DNA of 64,000 nucleotides from Octopus vulgaris (Eukaryota), in the NCBI GenBank assembly GCA_951406725.2, contig OX597814.1, positions 191,642,001 through 191,706,000 of the forward strand. The letters are read 5' to 3'. This document shows positions 1 to 10,572 of this stretch, in pieces; within the stretch, counting starts at the first letter, position 1; every line of letters starts with the position of its first letter. Under the pieces are notes generated by a model. That model saw nothing but the letters and a program-made list of their open reading frames with translations, was not told the DNA's origin and made no database searches. Position numbers and translations under genes: made by a program.

Positions 1-324
1 AAGGAAATCCTTAGTGAAAGATAATAGCAGTTTGTGTTTCCATTGTTGAAGGATCAAGGAATATCCTTATTAAAAGATAAAAGAAGTTACTAATTCTGTC
101 TTTGAAGAGTAAGTTGACACATATCACAGGGAACTTAGTGGTTCAGCGAAAGAGACTGATAGGATAAGTACTAGGCTTACAAACAATAAGACCTGGGTTG
201 ATTTGTTTGATTAAAGGTGGTGCTCCAGCATGGCCACAGTCAAATGAGTGAAACAAGTAAAGGAATAAAAGAATATAAGAATATATATATATGTGTGTGT
301 ATGAAATCAAAGCACAAGTATCTT

Positions 325-530
325 TATTCTTTTATTCTTTTACTTGCTTCAGTCATTTTGACTGTGGCCATGCTGGAGCACCGCCTCTATTCGAACAAAC
401 CGACCCTAGGACTTGTTGTTTGTAAGTGTAGTACTTATTCTATTGGTCTCTTTTGCTGAACTGACAAGTTACGGGAACATAAACACACCAACATCAGTTG
501 TCGAGTGGGGGTGGGGACAAACTCAGACAT
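325..530 (-). mobile_element. SINE family 1, 3' half (5' half at 5259-5395)
   Basis: Reverse complement of the family tail ...gataagtactaggcttacaaag...gtgctccagcatggccacagtcaaatgactgaa. Confidence 0.85.
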
Positions 531-534
531 ACAA

Positions 535-552
535 GCATATACATATATATAA

Positions 553-597
<45 letters not shown>

Positions 598-686
598 CAT
601 ATATACATATATACATATATATATATAAATACATACATACATACATATATATACATATACATACACACATATAGATATATATACAT

Positions 687-735
<49 letters not shown>

Positions 736-756
736 CGTATATATATATACACACAT

Positions 757-801
<45 letters not shown>

Positions 802-812
802 CGTATATATAT

Positions 813-869
<57 letters not shown>

Positions 870-896
870 TATATACGTATATATATACATATATAT
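535..896. repeat. (TA)n/(CA)n compound microsatellite
   Basis: Direct reading. Similar tracts at 5820-6050, 11020-11275, 50530-50945 and 60525-61355, among many others. Confidence 0.97.
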
Positions 897-1506
897 CATC
901 ATCATCATCATCATCGTTTAACGTCCGTTTTCCATGCTAGCATGGGTTGGACGGTTCTGCTGGGGTCTGTGAAGCCAGAAGGCTTCATCAGGCCCAGTCA
1001 AATCTGGCAGTGTTTCTACGGCTGGATGCCCTTCCTAACGCCAACCACTCCGTGAGTGTAGTGGGTGCTTTTTACGTGCCACCCGCACTGGTGCCAGACA
1101 GAGCTGGCAAACGGCCACGAACGGATGGTGCTTTTTATGTGCCACCGGCACGAGGGCCAGGCGAGGCTGGCAACGGACACGAAACGGGGCGGTGCTGGCA
1201 ACGGTCGCGAAACGGAAAGTTCTCTTACATGCCACCGGCACTGGTAACACATCTGCAATTTCCATTGATCGATTTCCATTGATCTATTTCGATTCTGATC
1301 CTCACTTGCCTCAATGGGTCTTCACAAGCAGAGTTTCGACATGCCACCGGCACTGGTAGCACATCCGCAATTTCCATTGATCGATTTCGATTCTGATCCT
1401 CACTTGCCTCAACACGTCTTCACAAGTAGAGTTTTGTGTCCCAAGAAGGGAAGGTATGCATACGTAGGCTGGCTCCATCCCATGTAGAAGGCCACGGGTT
1501 GTGGAC

Positions 1507-3372
1507 TCACTTGTCCTGCCGGGTCTTCTCGCGCACAGCACACTTCCAGAGGTCTCGGTCTCTAGTCATTTCCTCAGTGAGACCTAAAGTTCGAAGGTCG
1601 TGCTTCACCACCTCGTCCCAGGTTTTCCTGGGTCTGCCTCTTCCACAGGTTCCCTCAACCGCTAGGGCGTGGCACTTTTTCACACAACTATCTTCATCCA
1701 TTCTCGCCACATGACCATACCAGCGCAAACGTCTCTCTTGCACACCACAACTGATGCTTCTTAGGTCCAGCTTTTCTCTCAAGGTACTTACACTCTGCCG
1801 AGTGTGAGTACTGACATTACACATCCATCGGAGCATACTGGCTTCATTTCTAGCGAGCTTACGCATATCCTCAGCAGTCCCGGCCCATGTTTCACTGCCA
1901 TGTAGCATGGCTGTTCGTACACACGCATCATACAGTCTGCCTTTCACTCTGTGCGAGAGGCCTTTTGTCACCAGCAGAGGTAAGAGCTCTCTGAACTTTG
2001 CCCAAGCTATTCTTACTCTAGCAGTTACACTTTCAGCACACCCGCCCCCGCTGCTGACTTGGTCACCTAGGTAACGGAAACTATCAACTATTTCTAGTTT
2101 TTCTCCCTGGAAAGTGACAGAAGTTGGTCTCAGAGCATTTTCAGTGTTTATTGTTCCTGAGCATCTGCCACATACAAAAACCATCTTCCTAGTTAGCCTT
2201 CCTTTGACATTGCTGCATCTCTTATGTGTCCATAGCTTACACTTGGTGCATCTTATAGAGTTTCTACCTACACCTTTTCTACAGATCGAGCAGGGCCATC
2301 TACCTGAAGGTTTTTGTGATTTGTCAACCTTCCTACTGATTACGACTTTGGTTTTAGCTAGATTGACTCTAAGGCCCTTCGATTCTAATCCTTGTTTCCA
2401 CACCTGAAACTTCTCCTCCAGTTCTGATAGCGACTCAGCAATTAGAGCAAGGTCATCAGCATAGAGGAGCTCCCAAGGGCATCCTGTCTTGAATTCCTCC
2501 GTTATTGCCTGGAGGACTATGATAAATAGGAGGGGGCTGAGTACTGAGCCTTGGTGGACCCCTACCTCTACCCGGAATTCTTCACTGTACTCATTTCCAA
2601 CCCTCACCCTACTAGCGGCGTCCCTATACATGGCCCGCACAGCTCTCACTAACCATTCATCTATCCCTAGTTTTTTCATTGCCCACCAGATAAGGGATCG
2701 GGGGACCCTGTCGAAGGCTTTCTCCATGTCAACAAAAGCCAGGTACAGGGGCTTATCTTTGGCTAGGTATTTCTCCTGCAGCTGCCTTACCAGGAATATA
2801 GCATCAGTAGTACTTTTCCCTGGCACAAACCCAAACTGCATCTCATCTAAACTAACTCTCTCTCTAATTAGTTGGGCTATGACCCTCTCTGTAACCTTCA
2901 TCACCTGGTCCAACAGCTTGATACCTCTGTAGTTATTTGTATCTAGGGCATCACCTTTACCTTTGTAGCAGTTGACTATTATACTGCTACACCAGTCATT
3001 GGGTATGACCCCTTTGTGTATCACCTGATTAACTATATGGGTGACTAGGCTATAGCCAACACTACCAGACATTTTGAGCATCTCTGCAGTGATTCCTGAT
3101 GGGCCTGGGGCTTTCCCTGTCTTCATGCTTCTAATTGCCTTAGCTACCACAGAACTATCAACTCGGATAGCTGGTCCCTCTGTTGGGTCAACATTCGGCA
3201 GACTCTCTTTATCCCATTCATTTTCTTCATTCAGCAACCTTTCATAGTGGCATCTCCAAACCTCTCTCTTTGCATCCTCATTTAGCGCAAGTGAACCATC
3301 TTCCATGCGAACACACTTCTCTCCTACCACATCACGATTCTCTCTCACACACTGTCTTGCAACACGAAACAC
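1507..3372 (-). CDS. RTE ORF, C-terminal part: reverse transcriptase with internal PHD-like zinc finger
   Basis: Motifs KAPGPSGI, NYRGIKLL, QFGFVPG, FVDMEKAFD, GVHQGSVLSPLLF, LLYADD, FRYLG, RLRWYGHVARM, GRGRPRKTW. It continues the APE ORF if one base is removed at 3412-3418. Confidence 0.95.
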   Translation of the reverse strand: MFRVARQCVRENRDVVGEKCVRMEDGSLALNEDAKREVWRCHYERLLNEENEWDKESLPNVDPTEGPAIRVDSSVVAKAIRSMKTGKAPGPSGITAEMLKMSGSVGYSLVTHIVNQVIHKGVIPNDWCSSIIVNCYKGKGDALDTNNYRGIKLLDQVMKVTERVIAQLIRERVSLDEMQFGFVPGKSTTDAIFLVRQLQEKYLAKDKPLYLAFVDMEKAFDRVPRSLIWWAMKKLGIDEWLVRAVRAMYRDAASRVRVGNEYSEEFRVEVGVHQGSVLSPLLFIIVLQAITEEFKTGCPWELLYADDLALIAESLSELEEKFQVWKQGLESKGLRVNLAKTKVVISRKVDKSQKPSGRWPCSICRKGVGRNSIRCTKCKLWTHKRCSNVKGRLTRKMVFVCGRCSGTINTENALRPTSVTFQGEKLEIVDSFRYLGDQVSSGGGCAESVTARVRIAWAKFRELLPLLVTKGLSHRVKGRLYDACVRTAMLHGSETWAGTAEDMRKLARNEASMLRWMCNVSTHTRQSVSTLREKLDLRSISCGVQERRLRWYGHVARMDEDSCVKKCHALAVEGTCGRGRPRKTWDEVVKHDLRTLGLTEEMTRDRDLWKCAVREKTRQDK

Positions 3373-3388
3373 CTCCAGTTTTTGGTCC

Positions 3389-4675
3389 TCACGGCGCAGA
3401 ACATTGGCAAATTTTTTTCTTATCTGCTTCCCCTCTGGCTAAATAAACCTGTCTCCTAGCTTCTCTTTTGGCAGTCTGATACAATTCCCTGCTACCCCCA
3501 TTTTTCCAGACCTTCCAAGCCTGTCTCTTTTCTCTAATAGCCCTGTCTACAATGTTGTTCCACCACCACGTTATTCTAGGTCGAGAGGGGACTTTGCACC
3601 AGCCACAGATCTGGTCAGTGGCTCTCAGCAGGTTGTCCCTTAGAAACGTCCAGCTGTCTTCTACCCCCTGTGATGCTCTATCCCCTTCTACTTCGTCAGA
3701 GGTTTCAAGCAATATGTCCCTAAATCTCTGTCCATTTGCAGGATCTTTAAGCTTCCAGATCCTTCTTCTCCATATTTGTCGTCTTCTGGTTGTCCTCCTA
3801 GTCCTGATCCTAAAGTCACTAACTACCAGTCTATGTTGTGGGGTACATTCTTCACCTGGGAAGGTTTTGGCATTTATAAGCAGCCATCTCTCCCTTTGCC
3901 TTGTAAGGATGTAGTCAATTTGGCTGGTATGTTGGCCCGATTGGTAAGTGACTAGGTGGCTGGTAGGTTTCCTGAAGTTAGTGTTGCAAATCATAAGATT
4001 ATTTGCATCGCAGAACTCCAGCAGCCTGGTTCCCTCCTCGTTGCGGGAGCCATAGCCATAGCCTCCATGTACACCATGGAAGCCCCCAGCATGTCGTCCA
4101 ACGTGACCATTGAAGTCACCAGCCACAAAGATAAGGTCTCTGTCGTTCGTCAATGAGGTAGTCTGCAGTAGAGTGTCATAGAATCGGTCTTTCTGTCCAT
4201 CGGGTAGCCCCGACTGAGGAGCATAGGCTGATATAATGGTTGCTAAACTATGATGAAGCACTAATCTAATCTTAAGTATTCTGTCACTTACTCTGATTAC
4301 CTCAATTACTTTATCTACCCATTTCTCAGCGATAAGTATACCCACGCCACCAACCCCGTCAGTGTTCCCTGCCCAGAAAATCTTGTACCTGCGTTCCTTG
4401 CCTGTGAGGAACCTAGCTGATCCTCCTCTCCACCTTATTTCTTGCATGCAACATATATCCACACATCTCCGTTCAAGCATCTCGACTATCTCACCAGACC
4501 TACCTTTCAGAGTGCCAACGTTGAGGGTGCCAACCCTGAGGGTGTGGAAGGCATGGGCTCTAGAGACCCTGGGACGGTGGACAGTAGCTTCGTGTACCTG
4601 AAAAGAAAGCTCGCATTTGGCAGAATTCATGTGCAAAAAATGAAGTAGTAAAGTAGCCTTCAGTACAACCTGCAT
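3389..4675 (-). CDS. RTE ORF, N-terminal part: apurinic-like endonuclease (APE/EEP)
   Basis: Motifs GTLNVGTL, CCMQEIRW, GVGIL, SAYAPQ, AGDFNGHVG, SQIDYIL, QHRLV. The frame ends just after a +1 frameshift at the T7 run 3412-3418. Confidence 0.92.
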   Translation of the reverse strand: MQVVLKATLLLHFLHMNSAKCELSFQVHEATVHRPRVSRAHAFHTLRVGTLNVGTLKGRSGEIVEMLERRCVDICCMQEIRWRGGSARFLTGKERRYKIFWAGNTDGVGGVGILIAEKWVDKVIEVIRVSDRILKIRLVLHHSLATIISAYAPQSGLPDGQKDRFYDTLLQTTSLTNDRDLIFVAGDFNGHVGRHAGGFHGVHGGYGYGSRNEEGTRLLEFCDANNLMICNTNFRKPTSHLVTYQSGQHTSQIDYILTRQRERWLLINAKTFPGEECTPQHRLVVSDFRIRTRRTTRRRQIWRRRIWKLKDPANGQRFRDILLETSDEVEGDRASQGVEDSWTFLRDNLLRATDQICGWCKVPSRPRITWWWNNIVDRAIREKRQAWKVWKNGGSRELYQTAKREARRQVYLARGEADKKKICQCSAP

Positions 4676-5210
4676 AACGCTAGCCTTTCATATTTTGCAC
4701 TGTATGAACATTACCTTACATAGGTCGAGACTAGGGGTAGGGACGGGTAGGGATGGTGAGAGCATTTGCAGTCTTCATGGGAAGCAACCCCGGAATGGAA
4801 GAGAATAGGAACTTCCGGCATGCGTGGTGGGGGTGGGAGGGCGGGTGCACCGTAGCTGAGTAAAGAGGTTCTGTTAATCGTGAGCTAGCAAATGGGTTTG
4901 TATGAATCGGGAGACAATACTAAACGAAAAATTGAAAAATTGAAAAATTGAAAAATTGAAAAATCAGAGTGGCTATGAACCTGGAGACAAGTCTAAACGA
5001 AAAAAAAATGTTTGAGCTAGACAGGGTAATGAGGGAATACTGAAAGGATGAGGGACAATACAATGAGATGGAAATTGAAGAATAGAGAAAGAATAAGGAT
5101 AAGTGCAAGAAAGAAGGTAGTCGTAGCGAGGTTGGACGATTCACTTAACTTTTAGCCATTCATGATCTGTGCGTATTCTTTAGATATTTTGAAGCGAGAT
5201 ATATATATAT

Positions 5211-5249
<39 letters not shown>

Positions 5250-5835
5250 TAGATATACAAAGAGCTTCTTTCAGTTTCCATCTACCAAATCCACCCACAA
5301 GGCTTTGCTTGGCCCGAGGCTACAGTAGAAGACACTTGCCAAAGTTGCCATGCAGTGGAACTGAACTCGGAACCATGTGGTTGAGAAGCAAGCTTATTTT
5401 TTTTTATTGCAAAGAGTTGCAATGTGGTAGACATCTGAGTGATAAACATAAGAAACATTTTAGGGGTTCTGTCGAAAGCAATGTTAAGGTGTTCTTAGTG
5501 TGAATCTTGAAGACCGGGAGCAGATGATGGGAAGGGGATTAGTTTAGAAAGGAGTGATTTACAATTGTCGTAAGGCATGATGAACAATCCATCTCAAAAA
5601 GGAGCACTTTGTAAACAGGGTATAACTCTAATCCCTGTCATTTTTCTGTCTGAACATCTGGAATTGGCTCTAATATCTGCACGCACGCACGCACGCCCAC
5701 ACATGCATGTATTGTTTGATAAGTGCAAATGCATGAAACACTTGACCCTTGAGTCATTCTGTCGCTTCTGCTAAATATCTGTAAAAAAATATACATATAC
5801 TCATGCTTTGGTTTCATACATACATATATATTTAT

Positions 5836-5870
<35 letters not shown>

Positions 5871-5980
5871 CACACATGCATATATATATAGACAATACAC
5901 ACACATATGTACATATATATATAGACAATATATATGTATACATACATATATATATATATTTATATATATATAGAGAGAGA

Positions 5981-6031
<51 letters not shown>

Positions 6032-6050
6032 ATAGAGAGAGAGAGAGAGA

Positions 6051-6086
<36 letters not shown>

Positions 6087-6302
6087 CAGTATTATTATTA
6101 TTATTATTTGCTTCATCTTTATAATCAAATAACTACATATACATATGTGTATATCTATCTATCTGTTTGTCTGTCTGTCTGTCTCATTTGTAAAAGTCAT
6201 AAATACAAAAGAAGCAAAGGTTTTGGGGATCTGATGATATGCCATAAAGTTAAACCCTTTATGGATGGGAAACCTAAGGTAATCCCATAAACTGCCCTTC
6301 CC

Positions 6303-6334
<32 letters not shown>

Positions 6335-6335
<1 letters not shown>

Positions 6336-6720
6336 GGCATAGGAGTGCTGTGTGGTAAGTAGCTTGCTTACCAGCCACATGGTTCCGGGTTCAGTCCCAC
6401 TGCATGGCACCTTGGGCAAGTGTCTTCTACTATAGCCTTGGGCCGACCAAAGACTTGTGAGTGGATTTGGTAGACAGAAACTGAAAGAAGCCCGTTGTAT
6501 ATATATAAATATGTGTGTGTGTATATGTTTGTGTCTATGTTTGTCCCCCCCAATATCGCTTTACAACCTATGCTGGTGTATTTACGCTCCCCCTTAACTT
6601 AGCGATAGAATAAGTACTAGGCTTACAAAGAATAAGTCCTGGGGTCGATTTGGTCAACTAAAAGCAGTGCTCCAGCATGGCCACAGTCAAATGACTGAAA
6701 CATGTAAAAGAGTAAAAGAG
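6335..6720 (+). mobile_element. SINE family 1 (tRNA head, internal (TA)n(TG)n, TAAAAGAG tail)
   Basis: A-box-like TG(G)CTGTGTGG, B-box-like GGTTCAGTCCC, CCTTGGGCAAG core; multiple dispersed copies in the window. Confidence 0.88.
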
Positions 6721-7241
6721 TATATATAATTTCTGACAATTTCACTCTTCTATATTGCACTCGCAAGGCATTGGTCAGCTTTAGTAGAAAAGTATAGCAG
6801 ATAAACCTTGTACAAAATGGCATGCAATAGAACTGAACCCAAATCACGCGGATGGGAAGTGAACTCCTAAAACGATACTCTTGCAAGGCAAACATATTAA
6901 CCAGAGAGCTTCTTTACATAAACTAAATATTTTTCTCACAGAATATGAGTGAAAGAGGCAAGGAAAACCTTAGTAGGTTTAGTAAAGAGTATGCTTCAAC
7001 AATTAATTATTTGATATGCAGATATCCCGCTATTGCATTGACCAAGGAGACAAGCATATTCCAGTATATTTATATTATCAGGCTGAAATATTTTTACTTT
7101 TTTATCATTTGCCTATATTAAACATATTATGTTTCCTTAGTTACCATGACGTAGCTAATGCAAGTGTGCTTATTTTAAATCTGTTGATTGCACTATTTTC
7201 TTTGAGTGATAAAGTTACATTTATGTTTTCATTATCATTAT

Positions 7242-7282
<41 letters not shown>

Positions 7283-7285
7283 TTA

Positions 7286-7322
<37 letters not shown>

Positions 7323-7738
7323 TTGCTTCGTCTTTATAATCAGATAACTACATATATGCATGTGTATATCTATCTATCTATCTATCTATCTATCTGTATA
7401 TGTCTGTATGTGTGTGTGTGGGTGTGCATGCGCTTTTATTTATTTTTTAACACACACACGCACACACACATACACATACACACACACATGCACACATATA
7501 TATTTTAAACAATATGCTGTATACATGTATATGTTTGTCTATATGTAGCTTTTATGTATGGGTGTGTCTGTCTACACATATTTATATACATATGAAAATA
7601 CTTATGCATGAATATTTATATCATTATATACATGCACAACCACACACACACACATAGCACAAATATACAAACACATACACACACATAGCACAAATATACA
7701 AACACATACACACACACACATATATATGTATGTATGCA

Positions 7739-7790
<52 letters not shown>

Positions 7791-8089
7791 TAGATAAATA
7801 GATAGATAGACAGATATTCTTTTATTCTTTTATCCGTTTCAGTTATTTGACTGTGGCCTTGCTGGAGTACTGCCTTTAGTCGAGCAAATCAACCCCAGGA
7901 CTTATTCTTTGTAAGCCTAGTACTTATTTTATCGGTCTCTTTGTGCCGAACTGTGAAGTTACGGGGGACGTAAACACACCAGCATTGGTTGTCAAGCGAT
8001 GGTGGGGCGACAAACACAGACACAGACACAGACACAGACACACACACACACACATACACACTAACACACACATACACACACACACACAC

Positions 8090-9700
8090 ACACAAATATG
8101 AAGTTATTACATGGTTCCATCTTCCAAATACCAAAATCTCATATTCATTTTTACAATTCAACATAAATAATTACTACTCTTCTATTTCTCCTAAACTACT
8201 TAATAAAGCTCTTCTTCTTGCTAGGAACTTTACTAACCTAACCCCACTAGAAATTAACATTATACTTAAGGCCTGCAAAACCCTTATTTCTTTTGAAAGC
8301 AAACTATGATGCTGGGCCAATAACCATAGCAACAACCATAGCAACCTATTCGACATAACCATGGGATCCTCTGATTCAGCTCAGGTCACTGACTTAGTTG
8401 GACTTTATATACTACATCTGCTCCACACACATTTCCCTAATATCAAGGGAGGCCTATACAGGGACGACACTTTATTAGTTACTAAAAGCATAAATAAATC
8501 CTCCTTAGAAAGAACTAGAAAGGATCTACATAAATTTTTCTCTAACCTAAAACTATCTATCACATTTGAAAATGCCCATAAAACTGCTAACTTTCTTGAT
8601 GCAACCTTAAACTTATCAAAATCCCAATACTCCTCTTACTACAAACCTAACCAATAACTTAAATATCTTAACATCCATTCCAATCACCACAAATCCACTT
8701 TTAATAACATAATCAAGGGCATCTCAACCCGCATATCTGACCTCTCTTCCACTTAAGAAATCTTCAATAATCACACACCATATTATAACCAAGCACTTGC
8801 TGCCAGTGGCTTCTCCCAACAAATAGAATACATCCATAACACCAGGCTCAAACAATACATATCTCAAACATGTACCAACTATCACAATCACAACCACTAC
8901 AAACATTAGTCAATGAAACCTTGGGAGGCCTTGCACCCAGGCAACTTAGACCCCACACACATTCATTTAACTAGGTCAAAAACGAAAACAAATAAAACAA
9001 CTAACAATAACAGGCCTCGCTTCCCACACACCTTCCCCCAAAATATAGATAGCACGCATTCATCTAACAACTTATATAGCTCTATTCCCAGACCCTCTAA
9101 AAAAAGTGGCGGTCGCTCTATTTTGTGGTATACACCACCATTCTCACTTAATGTTAAGAACTTAGCTGAATCCTTCTTTAGAATACTAGACTCTAACTTC
9201 CCCCGACAACATAAATATCATTCTATCATTAATTGATCCACCCTGAAACTATCTTATTCTAATTCACCTATCACTCAATATCTCTCCACTATTAGTTTTT
9301 GTGCTAATTTCTTTCTTTCTTCTCCTTCTCTTTCTATAAACTACCTTGACGTTGTATCTACTAACGTTTTTTTTAAAAAACTTGCTAGCGTTCCCTTCAT
9401 CATATACGCAGTCATTACATTCTATTAAAATGTCTTATTGACGTGTTTGGTTTCTTTCTCTCCCTGATGAGAAGATTGCATTGTTTTACACCATTTTATT
9501 TGTTCTGGAATAATACCAATGTTTTCTTCGAAACATATGGCGGAAGTAAAAAGATTTAAATAACATCTGCATTTAACTCCATTTATTTATTTATTTATAT
9601 TATTCAAGAACATTTCATTTAAACCTGGAGTTTCTACCTTTATAAGTATGCTGTTACATCCTTGGTACTTGTATGAATTTTTGCTGCCCTGGTAACTATT
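8090..9700 (+). mobile_element. Decayed Penelope-like element (RT fragments plus pseudo-LTR with hammerhead)
   Basis: Interrupted RT with MGSSDSAQVTDLVG, GLYRDD, FLDATL, YKPN...LNIHSNH and WYTPPFS; hammerhead motif at 9453-9554. Confidence 0.85.
9453..9554 (+). ncRNA. Type I hammerhead ribozyme motif (canonical core, probably inactivated)
   Basis: CTGATGA 9464-9470; stem II GAAGA/TCTTC with a long loop; GAAA; palindromic CATATG; cleavage triplet is GGC instead of GTC; stem I tcc/gga. Confidence 0.7.
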
Positions 9701-9901
9701 TATTTATTTTTTCCATGTTATTTGTAAACACTGAAAAAATACACATACATTTATATATATGTATGTTTGTATATGAATATGTATGTATATATATGTGCGT
9801 GTGGGTGTGTGTATATATATTTTATTTTATTTGTTAGGGAATAAAAATTCCGGCATCACAGGGGTTCAAATTATCCTCAATGAGGAAATATATATTTTTT
9901 T

Positions 9902-10050
9902 ATTTAGAGATAGTAGGTCCCTTCATCCCACCATATAAAAGCATTTTAATTTAATTTAATACTTACTACTTATAACTTATAAGTAGTAAGTATTAAATTA
10001 AATTGAAATTCTTTTATATGGTGGGATGAAGGGGTCTACTATCTCTAAAT
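9902..10050. repeat. Long imperfect palindrome (74-bp arms)
   Basis: Centre cttataa-c-ttataag at 9976. Confidence 0.92.
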
Positions 10051-10095
10051 GAATATATATATATATACACACACACATATATATATATACATACA

Positions 10096-10198
<103 letters not shown>

Positions 10199-10237
10199 AT
10201 ATATATATATATATATATATGTGTATATATATATGCT

Positions 10238-10572
10238 GAAACTCTCTTCGGTCATGACTGACCAGGGATTGCACCTAGCAAATTACCCCCCCAGGCACAA
10301 GTCCAGGCAAAGTTGTTCATGGAAGACCTGCAATTGTCCATGCATACCAGCCTCACCTCTCCACACCACCAATGTTATCTAAGGGAAAGGCAAAGGTCAA
10401 TACAGCTTGGCACCTGTGACTTTGCAACTCATTTCTACAGCTGAGTGAACTGGAGCAACATGAAATTAAGTGTCTTGCTCAAGAACACAACACGTAGCCC
10501 GGTCCGGGATTCAAACTCACAACCTCACAATCGTAAGCTTGACGCTCTAACCACTTAACCATGTGCCTTCAC
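10238..10572 (-). mobile_element. SINE family 3 (tRNA head plus Meta/V-domain-like core)
   Basis: Minus strand tggttaagtggttagagcg...gagtttgaatccc, then gtgttcttgagcaagacactt...cactcagctgtagaaatgag; same family as 39398-39735. Confidence 0.85.

Larger units (their letters stand above)
897..5197 (-). mobile_element. Near full-length RTE-clade non-LTR retrotransposon (LINE) with (GAT)n tail
   Basis: Minus strand has a ~520-nt 5' leader, an APE endonuclease ORF, an RT ORF, a ~600-nt 3' UTR and a (GAT)n tail at ~897-915. It sits in the internal microsatellite of a split SINE (halves at 325-530 and 5259-5395). Confidence 0.95.

Noticed and set aside
1060-1250. HDV-like ribozyme in the RTE 3' UTR repeats
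   Set aside because: Could not build the nested double pseudoknot; the simpler hairpin plus H-type pseudoknot fits better.
947-1541. Short ORFs recurring at 25274-25794 and 33313-33877
   Set aside because: They recur only because the GC-rich RTE 3' UTR recurs; frames are not conserved between copies.
3405-3420. Programmed -1 ribosomal frameshift between APE and RT
   Set aside because: Joining the frames needs +1, and RTE elements normally encode both domains in one ORF.
2114-4648. Plus-strand ORFs antisense to the RTE
   Set aside because: Shadow frames of the retrotransposon ORF with no recognisable domains.
6335-6410. tRNA gene
   Set aside because: A/B boxes belong to SINE heads followed by SINE bodies; no convincing cloverleaf.
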